From NCBI GenBank assembly GCA_903813345.2, contig CAIIXF020000001.1:11036001-11100000 (forward strand): a stretch of 64,000 bases of DNA. Direction: 5' to 3'. How positions within the stretch are numbered: the first letter of the stretch is position 1; the number at the start of each line of letters is the position of its first letter. The notes below the pieces were generated by a model, which saw only the letters and a list, made by a program, of their open reading frames with translations, was not told where the DNA came from and did not search any database. Source of the stretch: Owenia fusiformis. Lineage: Eukaryota. The translations under genes and the position numbers were made by a program. Shown piece after piece: positions 37,201-49,300 of the stretch.

Positions 37201-40047
37201 TGTTGACCTACTTTCCGGACGCCATTCCTCAAAATCGGTAAGAGTAATCAAAAAAGACAGTTACAATAATGAAAGGACTGTCTTTAAGCTACATGATGAA
37301 AAAAAGATAAAGGAATAACGACGAATAGTGACAAAGATAATTGACATAACATGGGATATCAAAATACCAATTTTTTAATTTTTCAAAACGCCATTACTTC
37401 CAAACCGGGTGTCGGATTGAAATTTGATTTGCAGATTCGGATTTCTGAGAAAATTCTACCCTTAATTCATAACTCATACGTTAAATTTGGAGAAACTTTC
37501 ATGTTGACCTACTTTTCGGACACTATATCTCAAAAGTGGGTCAAAATACTTTCTGACGGCAAAAGGCTAACACTATTAGCACACTCTTTGCTACCTGTAT
37601 ACAAAATTTTGAAGCAAACAATTAAAGTGTAGTGTCAGAATCGCAAAAATAAGTTAAAACTATAAATTTGACCTAGATTTTGACCTAGGCATTTTGGTGA
37701 CCAAATTGTGAAGCTAGCTAGCTTTTGAGGTCCCTTTCTTTTATAGGCTTTCATTATGTGAAGCTGTTTTCAGTCTTTATCTCGTATTTTACACTTCAAA
37801 AAAATCTTTTTTCCCATTGCCATAACATGGGGCACCAAATTTAGCGATTTTTGAGCTTTCAAAACGACATAAATTCCAAACCAAAAGTCGGATTGAAATT
37901 TGGATTGCAGATTTGGATTCCTGAGAAAATTCTACCCTTAATTCATAACTCATACGTTAAATTTGGAGAACTTTTTAGTTTGACCTACTTTTCGGACACC
38001 ATATCTCAAAAGTGGGTCAAAATACTTTCTGACGGCAAAAGGCTTACACTATTAGCACACTCTTGGCTACATGTATACAAATTTTCGAAGAATATAATTA
38101 ATCTGTAGTGTCAGAATCGCAAAAATAAGGAAAAACTTTGAATTTGACCTAGATTTTGACCTAGGCATTTTGGTGTCCAAATTTTTATGAAAAGAAGGTC
38201 TTGTGGTCCCTTTCTTTTATGGGCTTCCATTATGTTTAGTTGTGCTTAGTCCATATCTCGTATTTTACACTTCAAAAAAATATTTTTTCCTATTGAATTA
38301 ACATGGGGCACCAAATTTAACGATTTTTGAATTTTCAAAACGCCATAACTTCTGAACCGGAAGTCACATCGAAATTTGGTTTTCAGATTCGGAATCCTGA
38401 GAAAATTTCCCATAAGACTAATATCCTGGACATTGGATTCGGTGAAATTTTTTTTGGACCTCGTTTTCGGACACTGATATCTCGAAATCGGTTTGAGATA
38501 CCAAAAAACTAAATCGACCCTAGGTTTTCTACTTTTTTATGAGGAACACAATGAAAAAAACCAGGATCAAAAATATTGAAGGACGACCGAGATAATGGGA
38601 AAAAGTGACAAAGTACTGGATTTGACCTAGTTCTTGACCTTTGACCTAGATAAAAATTTGACCTAATTTCCCAGAAAGCCGGATACAGTCTTAAGTTAAC
38701 CATGTAAGTTGGATTAAGTAAGCTGTTATAGTTGACGAGAAATCTGGTAAGGAGGAAGAAAAAAGAATAATAATAATAAGAAAACAGGCAAAAACAATAG
38801 ACTCCAGATTTTCAATCTGGAGTCTAATTATTGAGTCCGAAATTCCCGGGAAAATGTGCACACATGTTCTTTTTCGTTCAGTGTACTCTTCAAAATCGGG
38901 GGTGAGTCCTGACCTAGAAAAAACATGTTTCATTTCTGTGCAAATCAAACATCTACATAGAGCATTTTGTATCGTTTTCAAGCAAAACGGGCTGAGATTT
39001 TGATGTGATTAAAACTTTGATTTTTTTCAATTTCAATTTTCACTTTGGGAAATTTTTCTGTCAAAGTCTAATGCGTGGCGCTGTTAATAAATGTGTGGCG
39101 CGCAATAAATCAGCGTGGCGCAGCCACAATGTGCGTGGCGCGAGCGCCACGCATTTTTCAGTCAGGGAGAACACAGTATTCATTTATAATAGTTTACAAT
39201 GGGTCAGGAAATGACCATTGTGTCATCAATGATTATATGGCTCTGTACCTTTCCTTGATAACAGTTCTTTTCTGAAAAGAGACACCTCAACATTCCCAAA
39301 TAAGATCAACTGATGCTGGTGATGTATGGAAAAGTTACTTTTAGTATTTCCTGTTTCTGGGTCACAACTGTAAGTGAAACAACATAGCATGATTCATGGC
39401 TAAGTTCAAGACCAGCTTGTCAACAAGGTAACCAACAAATAACTAGTTCAAAGAAAGCGTTCTAAACCGTACCTTCTTAGCTACAACAGCAGCCTTGGCT
39501 CTCTTTGCCCGTGATTCGGCATTCTGCTTACGCTTCTTGAGCAGAGACTCTGGCACCTGCGGCAATTTTTTTGCACTGGAATACAAAAACATAAAGACAT
39601 GAAGTATGAGAAAACATGAATCTATTTGATGACATCATGATGTGATGTTGAACAGCCAAGCATATAAAAACAGAACTCGAAAAACAATAAAATGTAGGAG
39701 ACCTACTTCTAATACAAACAATATGAGTGAAATGAATATGCAGCATAGTGCTGCGTATCCATGCTTAATGACTTATAAACAAAACTTGAAACCTACATAG
39801 CATATGATGTCAAACTGATGGTTGAAAAGGGGAAAAATAAAAATATTTAAATTTTTGACTAAGGGTTGAAACGATAATGGGTGTGTTGTGACTTGGTAGA
39901 AGTATACTGAGGGAAAATAATATGTGATCCTTGTCAATAAATGATTGAAGAAAACAATGAATGGTCAATTTTTAACCAACGACATCAGACAAGATGCAGA
40001 TTGGATGGATATTGCCAGAATAATTCGGTAAAGTACCTGTCTGCCAT
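31217..40047 (-). CDS. RPL7: 60S ribosomal protein L7 (uL30), 245 aa, 6 exons
   Basis: Exons 40047-40037, 39575-39473, 34308-34142, 33332-33195, 32077-31968, 31425-31217 splice in frame: [20 protein letters not shown]...RAEKYVKEY...[14 protein letters not shown]...[17 protein letters not shown]...[18 protein letters not shown]...ICIEDLIHE...[15 protein letters not shown] at 31190-31185. Confidence 0.97.
33400..33968. mobile_element. hAT-type MITE in RPL7 intron 3
   Basis: TIR TAGAGCTGGCATC...GATGCCAGCTCTA; exact 8-bp TSD CATTAGGT (33392-33399, 33969-33976); subterminal TGTCG/CGACA repeats. Confidence 0.85.
34725..35130. mobile_element. CAGT-ended MITE with 5-bp TSD (hAT5-like)
   Basis: CAGTCTGGGAAATAAG...CTTATTTCCCACACTG; TSD ATGTT on both sides. 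Confidence 0.7.
35665..36218. mobile_element. TIR element containing a ~122-bp tandem duplication
   Basis: ACCCAAATGCGAGTAG...CTACTCGCATCTGGGT; 35952-36197 is a near-identical tandem pair. Confidence 0.55.
36270..36412 (-). ncRNA. Candidate box H/ACA snoRNA in RPL7 intron 2
   Basis: On the RPL7 sense strand: hairpin (TTTCAAAA...TTTTGAAA), H box AGAATA (36353-36348), second hairpin (CAGC..TACAGAA...TTCTGTA..GCTG), ACA (36275-36273) plus 3 nt; ~143 nt. Confidence 0.5.
36482..39176. mobile_element. 2.7-kb CAGTG-ended element with 5-bp TSD (hAT5-like)
   Basis: CAGTGTTCTCCCT...AGGGAGAACACAG; TSD TATTC (36477-36481, 39177-39181); subterminal GTGGTG/GTGGCG repeats. Confidence 0.7.
36886..38830 (-). 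mobile_element. Nested HINE-like element with ~480-bp internal repeats
   Basis: Hairpin TAGACTCCAGAT..ATCTGGAGTCTA at ~38798-38826, matching subTIR AGACTCCAGAT at ~36910, terminal palindrome AAATTGAACAAGTTCAATTT; AACATGGG units near 37046, 37348, 37823, 38300. Confidence 0.65.
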
Positions 40048-40385
40048 ATTGCCTGATTAGAAAAGGTCGTGCATCCGGGTATTTGTAAAAACTCAAACTT
40101 AGATAAGAACGAAACAAATAATTTCCAGCATTTTGAACATATTTGTTGATGAAAATAAATCAAAATATTAATTTTACAGTAAACTTTGATAATACCTTAT
40201 AGTAAATAAAATTAAAACGAGATAAACGTGTCAATTTTCAATCATAATTTGTCATATTCGTTTCACCAAATGCCGTCTTCTGAAAGGTCAAGGATGCTGA
40301 AATTTTTTTAAATGTGAACTTTGTTTTCGCTCTTTTACATATTGTTTCTACTCTATAAGTTTAGCGTACACCAACAAGAAGCAAG
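40048..40385. promoter_or_regulatory. Bidirectional promoter region shared by RPL7 and the SDR gene, with a TCT/5'TOP-like pyrimidine tract for RPL7
   Basis: Divergent ATGs at 40047 (-) and 40386 (+); CCTTTTCT (40066-40059, minus strand) just upstream of the RPL7 ATG. Confidence 0.7.
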
Positions 40386-43300
40386 ATGAATATATTGCTA
40401 GAACTGTTGATGACACTTTTTAAAGTGTTTTCAGCATTATTTTGGGCAAGTGTACACTTCTTCATCCCACCACCTCAAAAGTCAGTGAAGGGAGAGATTA
40501 TTTTGATAACAGGTTAGCAGAACTCGGCTAAGCAAGGAGGATTGGCTCCCAGGATCAAAACTATATTTTCCGACAATGAAAACGTCAAAGTGTCATTATT
40601 TTCTGAAGTTGTAAACTCAAAATAAACAGTTAAAAAGATTAGAACCTCGATCATTTCTTGTGAGTCTTGGAGTTTTTTGTGTGTAATAAGACCAAAATTC
40701 ACTATTCAGATATTAAAGTAAACAAAATAAATGGCGGCTGTGTTCAAGTTTTGTTATCATGACATGCCCATGGCAAAAATATCGATGTTGCATTCTGGGG
40801 GCCAATCCTCCTTGGCCAATAGCTTATTCTAAATGCCAATATGATTTTTTAGAATTTTAAAGACGATCCTGGCACCCAGCACTAGGTTATGAAGGTGAAA
40901 TCAGTACTGTCAAGTGTCAACCCCTAAAGATTTTCTCGCGGGACAGATTTTTTAGACCCAGTGCCCAAAATTCGCGGGATTTTGCGGGACATCTACTAAA
41001 TTTGCGGGACATTTAAGGGATTTGCGTGATTGCGCTAATAGGAGATCCTTTTTTTATCAAATTCGCGGGATTTCGCGGAACCATTTGAGGGACAAACACC
41101 CTAATTGCGGGACAGTTAACAGGTGTACCACCAAAAACTTCATAGAGGGACAGATTTTTTAGACAAAGTGCCCTAAATTTGCGGGATTTCGTGGGACATC
41201 CACCTAAATTTGCAGGATGTCCCGGGACATTCAAGGGATTTGCGTGATTGGGACTAATGTAAAAGCGTGTAGAAGTACTTAAATCAAACTTTCAGATACT
41301 GATTAATCAAATATAATGCACCGTTACATTGTAACTTAAATAAACGTCAACACAATTTCACAAAATACGCATAGGAATAATAAACTTTATTGTAATTTAT
41401 CAAAAACAAAAACCATGCTTCAGGTGTGATTACCGTAATCTAACACGAAATTCAAAAATTCGGAACAATACTTTGCACTTCTGGCGTCGTGACCAACTAT
41501 GAAACGCTTACCCCCATAATGTTATATATTAAAATGTACCTATTCATATACTGTAGGCATGGGCTTTCAATTGAAAGCCCATGATATAGGGGTTCGATTA
41601 ATCTACATCAAATTATAGGGAATGAGGTTAATTTTCTAGATAGGGTTTGTATAAAAAACCAGGTACCGGGTAGTAAATCCTCCATGCTGGGTTCAAACTT
41701 GGTACCCGGTCGAAAAAAAACCAAAAAACGAAATATATGAATACACAATATAATTAGATCATTAGAAAACGTGTAAGATTTGTTTTGAATTTACAAAAAT
41801 GTATGTAACTTCCTTCAAAATTGAGCTAGAAGCTTCAAATAAAAAGCATTTTAAGGCTCTTCTTCCATTGGTAATGAAGGGGGGGGGGTGCGATCGCACC
41901 CCCTCCTGGCTACGCCAATGACATTGTAAGACGATTTGAAAAACAAGACAAATCAATCTTACTCTATTTTCAATAGTTCGTATGTTGGTACGTGAATTGT
42001 TTTGATTATGATTTAAATCTGTAAATAGCTATCGTTGCTTTAGCAGAGAGGTGACGTGATTTAATTTGCATGATGCAACGTGTAAGATTTTGATTATTAA
42101 TCATAATTTAAGTTATCCCAATTTATGACAAAATGTCCACTGAATTGTAAATTGTTATGTCTTACAAAGGAGAGGGTGCGATGGTGCGATCGCACCCCCC
42201 CCATAACCAATGAAAATATGGCCATAACGATAGAGGAAGAAAAGTGCCTTAAAATATGCTTTTTATTTGAAGCTTCTAGCTCAATTTTGAATCATGTTAC
42301 ATACATTTTTGCAAATTCAAAACAAATCTTACACGTTTTCTCATAATCTAATTATGTTATATATTCGTATTTTTCGTTTTTTGGGTACCCGTTTTTTTGA
42401 CCGGGTACCGGGTACCAAGTTTGAACCCAGCATGGAGGATTTACTACCCGGTACCCGGTTTTTTATACAAACCCTTTCTAGATATCAGCGTACATTTATT
42501 GTAACTCGCGTTTGCTAACATTTGCTCAGTTCTGAGATGAAGGCCACACGGGTAGTAAAAAGGCCAATGTTGGAACTATTTGTGACCTACATCCCTATTT
42601 TCGTAATTGAAATGAAAGTTGAACCCTTCCCCTTTATTTTGATACCAAACAACAGCATGCTAGGTACTTAAAATTAGGTAAACTTTACTCCTCAAAAGTG
42701 CAAAAACTTAGCTTCTTATATAAGATAATCAAAATATAGGTGATTGCAACAATTTCGGAAATTCGCGAAGGTCAAAGCCACATTTTGCGGGACTTCGCGG
42801 GACAATGCGGGACACGCGAATTAGCCTAATTTTGATCAAATTCGCGGGATAATCCCGCCAATCGCGGGACACTTGACAGCTCTGTGAAATTCCCCTATCA
42901 TATTTTCTTGCGCATGTGTCTCATGATTCGATTGGTCCATTCATGGAATAAGGTTCTCCACTTCTATTTTATGAATTTTGCAATCATCTTATACATATTC
43001 AGTATTATCTGGCCAGAATAGCAAGATTGAGGTTTGAATTATTAATCCCTATATCATTTAGGATGTTTTCTCACATGACTAGTCTGCGACTCGATAAAGA
43101 AGAATTATCAAAGCTCATCAAGAATGGACGATCTTGCACAGGTACTCATATAAGAACCTTCATATCTCAGGTGTGTATGACTGCTAAAACTTTCGTGACC
43201 TCTTGATACAAATCAATGTAAAGCATCATGTTCACTGTTCACAGGAATTTGTCAAGAGTAAAATACTATAGAAGTCAATGAACAAACATCAACTAGAAAG

Positions 43301-46300
43301 CACTTATAGACGACAAGGGATCATTTACTTTAGTCTAACATGTATGACTTTTACTTTCTTGTGATTTTTATAGAAAGATTATAGTCATTTTCTGTGGTAG
43401 TGTTATTTTGAGGCCATGCTTCAAAAATAAAGGCAGAGATTATCGATTCAAGATATACGAGGTTACACTGTAATGTTGTTGTAACCTTGCCTGATTTCAT
43501 TGGTCAGAATCTCCCCTCATGATGTCTGTCATCTACCCCTTGTTTAACAAACTCTTGATACATGTCTCAAGTACACATGTAACCTGTACATGGGCTACAT
43601 GTAGTATAGGCTCTAGCGTATAGGTGCAAGAATTTTGATATCTAGAGAAGCATCACAAATGATATTTGTTCCAGGTGGGGGCAGTGGTATAGGGCGCCTT
43701 CTAGCACAGCGACTTGCGAAACTTGGTGCTACAATTGTGATATGGGACATCAACAAAGAAGGCAATGAGGAAACTGCAAGGCTTATTACAGAGAATGGAG
43801 GAAAGGCACATGCATATATTTGTGATATAAGGTACAAACAAGTTCATCATTCCAAGATGAGATGTGATCATAATTACTATGTTGGTATAGTCAGACCATC
43901 CATAACAAGTCAACATCAACAAATTATTTTTTCTGTGTTGTACTTGTATTTCCTCGTAAGACACACTGATGGTGATACCAGTCCTATATCGATTGATGAT
44001 ATATATTGATATAATCCTTGAGAACATTTTGTACAGGTTGAAACTTTATTCATGCTGGATAATTTTATCAAAGTTTTGAACAGTGTACCAGTATATACAT
44101 TTGAGGATAGATCTGTGGGGGACTAAGGTCAAAAATGTATATTTATTATTTTTTCCCCTCATTTTCAAAAGGAGAAAATGAACTTTGCAAGGATGAAGGT
44201 TTCAAATTTTTCATTTTCAGATCTGCCTCCTGTATAATAGAAACTATTCCGAGACAACATTTACAGGTATATGGCGGCGGTCTGAAAAAGGATTTTATTC
44301 CAGTAGTTTCACAAATATTTCCATTTCAGTAATAATTCAGAAATCTCAGTATGCAGTGAGACAGTGAAGAGAGAGGTGGGTTGTGTCAGTATGCTCATAA
44401 ACAATGCTGGCATCGTGAGTGGGAAGAAGTTCATAGACACAACTGAAAAGGACATTGTAAAGACATTTGAGGTGAACACATTTGCGCATGTTTGGGTAAG
44501 TGATTGCTGGCTGGTTCTATTTGCATGTTCATATTCTATAGTTCATGAAAACATAAAGAATGAAATCCTGTACAGCATTGAATCTAAAACGATTTGTTTA
44601 TATAAAGGTCATTCAATAGTATGCCATTTGAGTTTCAGATAGATTCAACCAACATTTTTTCATTAATCATTAAATCAAGTGTTTATTGGAAGTTTATGAT
44701 ATGGACGGTCGAGGGCTATTGGCAGCCTGATCCAAGCAAAATGAAGAATGGCAAGGGTGACATCTATTCTGTCAGCTTTTATTCAGCTATATAGAAACTA
44801 TACTTTTAAGACCTAAAATGTTTGTGTTTCAGGCAGCCAAGGCATTTCTGCCAGACATGATTAAGAACCAACATGGTCATATAGTGAACATTGTCAGCTC
44901 TGCAGGATATATTGGTATATATTTTATTTTTATGGATGATTGAAAATTAAATGAAAATTTTGAAAAAATGAAACGTTCATTGTAATCATACCGACTCATA
45001 AAATAAGCTATGATGGTAGCATATCTACATTTTGACAGAAAAACTGACTTATGCTGGCACCCATATAAACAGAACAGTACTAGAATTTATTTTATTTCGT
45101 TACAATTATATTTTTATGTCACCACCATGGCATCTTCAACTTTTTTATGGATGATGTTCAGCATCTGGTTGGTGTTTGGACTTCGGCATCATGTTAATAC
45201 CTTGTTATACTGATGTAGCAATATTAGTTTGCATATGTATAATGCATTTATTCAATTTATCTTATTCAGGGGCTTTGTAACGCACATTTGATCAAAATTT
45301 TCAATTGCCATCTTGATTTTCTTCTCTTGCACTCAGCCTTTAGAGTTAAATAATGATCTACATCTAGGCCATCAGCTTCACCCCAAAATTTAGCTTATCG
45401 GTACCAAGTTAGGGGAATAATGCTCATCATGATTTTTGGCAAGGTAAATACCTCCAGAGTAAGAAAATATGTGATAGCATTGCAGGAGTGGTAGCTTATG
45501 GGTGTTATCGCCCATTTTTCAAAGTGGCTGCTATTGCGCTTTTTACCAAAAAAAAAGAAATCATATCTTAGTATAATGAGAGGCAAAAACAGTGATTCTG
45601 AAGTCTATTTCTGGGTTTTAGGGGTCAAGGATTTCATTTATGTCAAAATCTAAGTCATCAAAAAATTGCTTTACATGGAAATCCAAGATGGCCACCAAAA
45701 TGGGTCTCAAAACAAATTTGTTACTATTGATATAAGCTAAAAAAGCTCAAAGAACGGTTAAAAAGTGACTTTGGAGACCATGAATAGGTTTTAGAGGCTG
45801 AGGATTTTATTTGAGTCTAAATTTAAGTAATAATAGAAATCCTCCATATGAAATGCCAAGATGGCCACCAAAATGAGTGCCAAAATGAATATGTAAACTA
45901 TTTATATAAACTCAAAGAACAGTTAAAAAGTGCTTTTGCAGACCATGATAGGGTTTTAGAGGTTAATACAGATTCCATCCATGGATAAATCTAAGTGATT
46001 ACAGAATACCTTTATATAGAAATTTGAAATGGCTGCCAAAATGGCCAAACATATGGCTGCTAAAATGAATTTATACGCACATAGAAAAGTTAGAAAAGTA
46101 ATGTACGTAATAGATATCTGAAACTAGGTTTCAGGGGAAAATAGTTTCAATTTAGCCTTACTTTAACAAAGTCATCTTGACCTTTCCTCATACTTAAATC
46201 CAAAATGATCACCAAAATGGCTGCCAAAATGAATATTAACATGTACATACATGTATATCTATAAGCATTAACAGAGGATGTTGGCAAGTGATTGTGGTAT

Positions 46301-49300
46301 CTTTGACTAGTTAACTAGGATCTAGGGATTGAGGATTTCAGTTACCACTGAAATTTTTTCTTTTTACTTTAAAGCGGCTCTAAGGTCTGTGGAGAGAAAA
46401 ATGGAGAAATTTTACCTTTTCTGAGCTATCGGGGTGAAGTTTGGTCCAACATCTTCTTCCTTATTCCTATTTTATAAAAATGTATGCATATGGCAATATT
46501 CATCAACCAGTAGAACTGGCAAATCGTTTAGAATCTACAATTCCATACAAGGAGTCCCACTCATAGATAATTCTTTCCAAGTCGACGTCGAAACACCTAG
46601 CGGGTGAAATTGAAACTAATTTTTCTGGCTGCTCGAATCGATAAAATCTCTGATAGTGTGAGTCTTTTTATGAAATCTTTCTGATAGAAAACACTTAATT
46701 AATATTAGAAAGCATTAAATGTTGAATCCGAAGCGTAATCTGAAATAAAAGTGAAAAAACATTGCGCGGACGTCAGAGAAAAACTTCCGGTTTAATAAAA
46801 AATGGCGGACGTCGAAGGAGAAATTATGACGAAGAATTAGAGGATTTTCCTTTGCCATTATCGATCGTTATAAGGTATGTGCACAAATTCTAGTAGCATA
46901 CATGGAAAATAGATACATTTTTAAAGGCAACAACATATTCAAAGCTTTCATTTTACGATAGGCCCAGGATCATTGGATACGACTCGGCAATCGATACTCC
47001 CACTTTAATTGTTAAATTGTTGTCTTGATGAAAATCAAAGATGGCTGCCAAAATCGCTGCCAAATTGGCTGTTGGTTAAGTTTTTTCCTATTTTCTAGCT
47101 TATTTCTCTCTTTATCTGTTATAGCCTCTATATTTTTCAGTGTTCTTTGTTGTTTTCATTTTTGTCTTTGTTTTTGTTTTCTTTCTTCTGTTTTCTTTGC
47201 TGCCTTTCAATTTTCTTGTTTTATTTGTGTTTTCTCATTTGTATTGTCTTTGTTTTTTTTCATTTTCTTTGTTTTTCTCTTTTTCTTTTTTCTTGGAATT
47301 AGAGTCAATTAGAGCTTTCGGGATACACCAAAATTTAACTTGGTCCATTGTCACACAATACTAAAATACTTAATAACCATTTTTGGGTGTGTGTTTGTTT
47401 GAGATTATTGGAACCAAAGTTGCCTATCTACTCACAGGTAACCTTTGCAAGTTACCCCTTCTTACTCTGTTGATGTTGCTCTTTCTCCTCAGCCTCTGTT
47501 GTTGTAATGGAAGTTACATAGTTGGAAAAGTCATAGAACAACACCAAACTGAAAGCATGAGACTTTGAACCAACTCCCTACATGGCTAAGGTCAATAGCT
47601 TTCATTCATTTTTCTAGTTCCCACAGATGCTGTTGATATTTTTAAGAAACTCATCAAAATATTTCCCTAGATACTCAATTCTCTCATCATGGATAGTATG
47701 AATAATTGTACATTAGCTGCCTTTGTATACCATTCAGCTGAAAAGATTACCTGGATTGCACTAAATACATGCCCAATTGGCCATCATCTCGAGGCCGCTT
47801 AGAATCCGTTGTGCTCCAGGGAATGACTAGATCATAACAGTGATGATGTCCATAAAGGCTTGGCAAGAAGGATGTTTTGTGTCATCATTCACTTTGAGAC
47901 CTCTTTACTTGGACTCTTCTGCTTTCACAATCCAGTTCATTGCTGTTTGCGATGAAAAGGGTACAATTGAGATGGTACATCCCATCACGGCCATCTTGGA
48001 TATTCAAATAAATGTATTCCAAAATTACTTATTCTTTTGGCAGCCATTTTGGTTGCCATCCTGAATATCCAAATAAAATAATTATTTGATGACTAAGTTT
48101 TAGACATAATTAAAGTTCTCGACCATTGAAACCTAGACATGGTCTCCAAAATCACTTTGAACATATATTAATAGTAACATATTCATTTTGGCAGCCATCT
48201 TCGATTTCCACATCAAGTTATTCTTTGATGACTAAGACATAAAATCATTGATCCCCTAACACTTTCATGGTCTACATTTTCATTTTGGTGGCCATCTTGG
48301 ATTTCCATATAAAGCAATTATTTGCTGACTTAGACTTAAATGAGGCATAAATGAAATCCTTGACCCCTAAACCCTTTCATTGTCTACAAAATTGCTTTTC
48401 ATCTGTTCCTTGAGCTTGCATATATATCAATACTGTAATAACATATTCTTTTTGGCACCTATTTTGCGGCCATCTTGGATTTCAATATAAGGTAATCCTT
48501 TGATGACATAGCTTAAGACATTTATAAAATCTTTATACTCTAAAACCTCTTCTAAAACTCTTCAAAATCATGTTGAAACGTTTTTGAGCTTGTATCATTA
48601 GTACATATTTGTTTTTGAACCAAATTTGGCGGCCATCTTGGATTTCCATATGAATTAATGTTTCGATGACTTGGATTTAGGCAAAACTCAAATCATTGAC
48701 CCCTAAAACCCCAAATTAGACCCTAAAATCACTGATTTTGCCTCTCAGTATGCTTAAATATAACTTCTTTTATTGGGTAGCAAGTGCACCAGCGGCCATT
48801 TTGAAAAATGGGTGATACCACCTATTAAGCTACCACTTCTGCAATGCTATCACATATTTTCTTACTCTAGGGGTCTAGACCTTCCCAAAAATCACCATGG
48901 CCATTATTCCCCTGATTTGGTACCGACCAACCCCCCAGGCTGATCGCCTAATCTCTGAAACATTCATATTAGTTACGCTACACACTATAATATTTTTCTC
49001 CAGGTGTCAATGGTTTATCAGACTACTGTGCCTCTAAGTTTGCTAGTGTTGGCCTCACTGAGTGCCTTGACCTTGAACTCCACTTTGCTGGCCATGACTA
49101 CATCAACACCACCCTTGTATGCCCCTACTATATAGACACTGGCATGTTTGCAGGATGTCAAACAAGGTAAATAATGGTATAATTAAGAAATATAGACTGA
49201 AGAGCAGGGGTAATATTGTTGAATACAACCCCCCTCGCTAGGCACAAATGTTTCTGTACCCTGAAGTGAGGGGTTCGAAAGCTTTTGTGCCTAGCTCTAA

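Noticed and set aside
46370-47007. Kolobok-like element (TTAA-AG...CT-TTAA)
   Set aside because: The ends match too poorly beyond the first few bases to support a call.
47025-47364. Phe/Leu-rich hydrophobic ORFs
   Set aside because: Low-complexity T-rich tract inside an intronic transposon.
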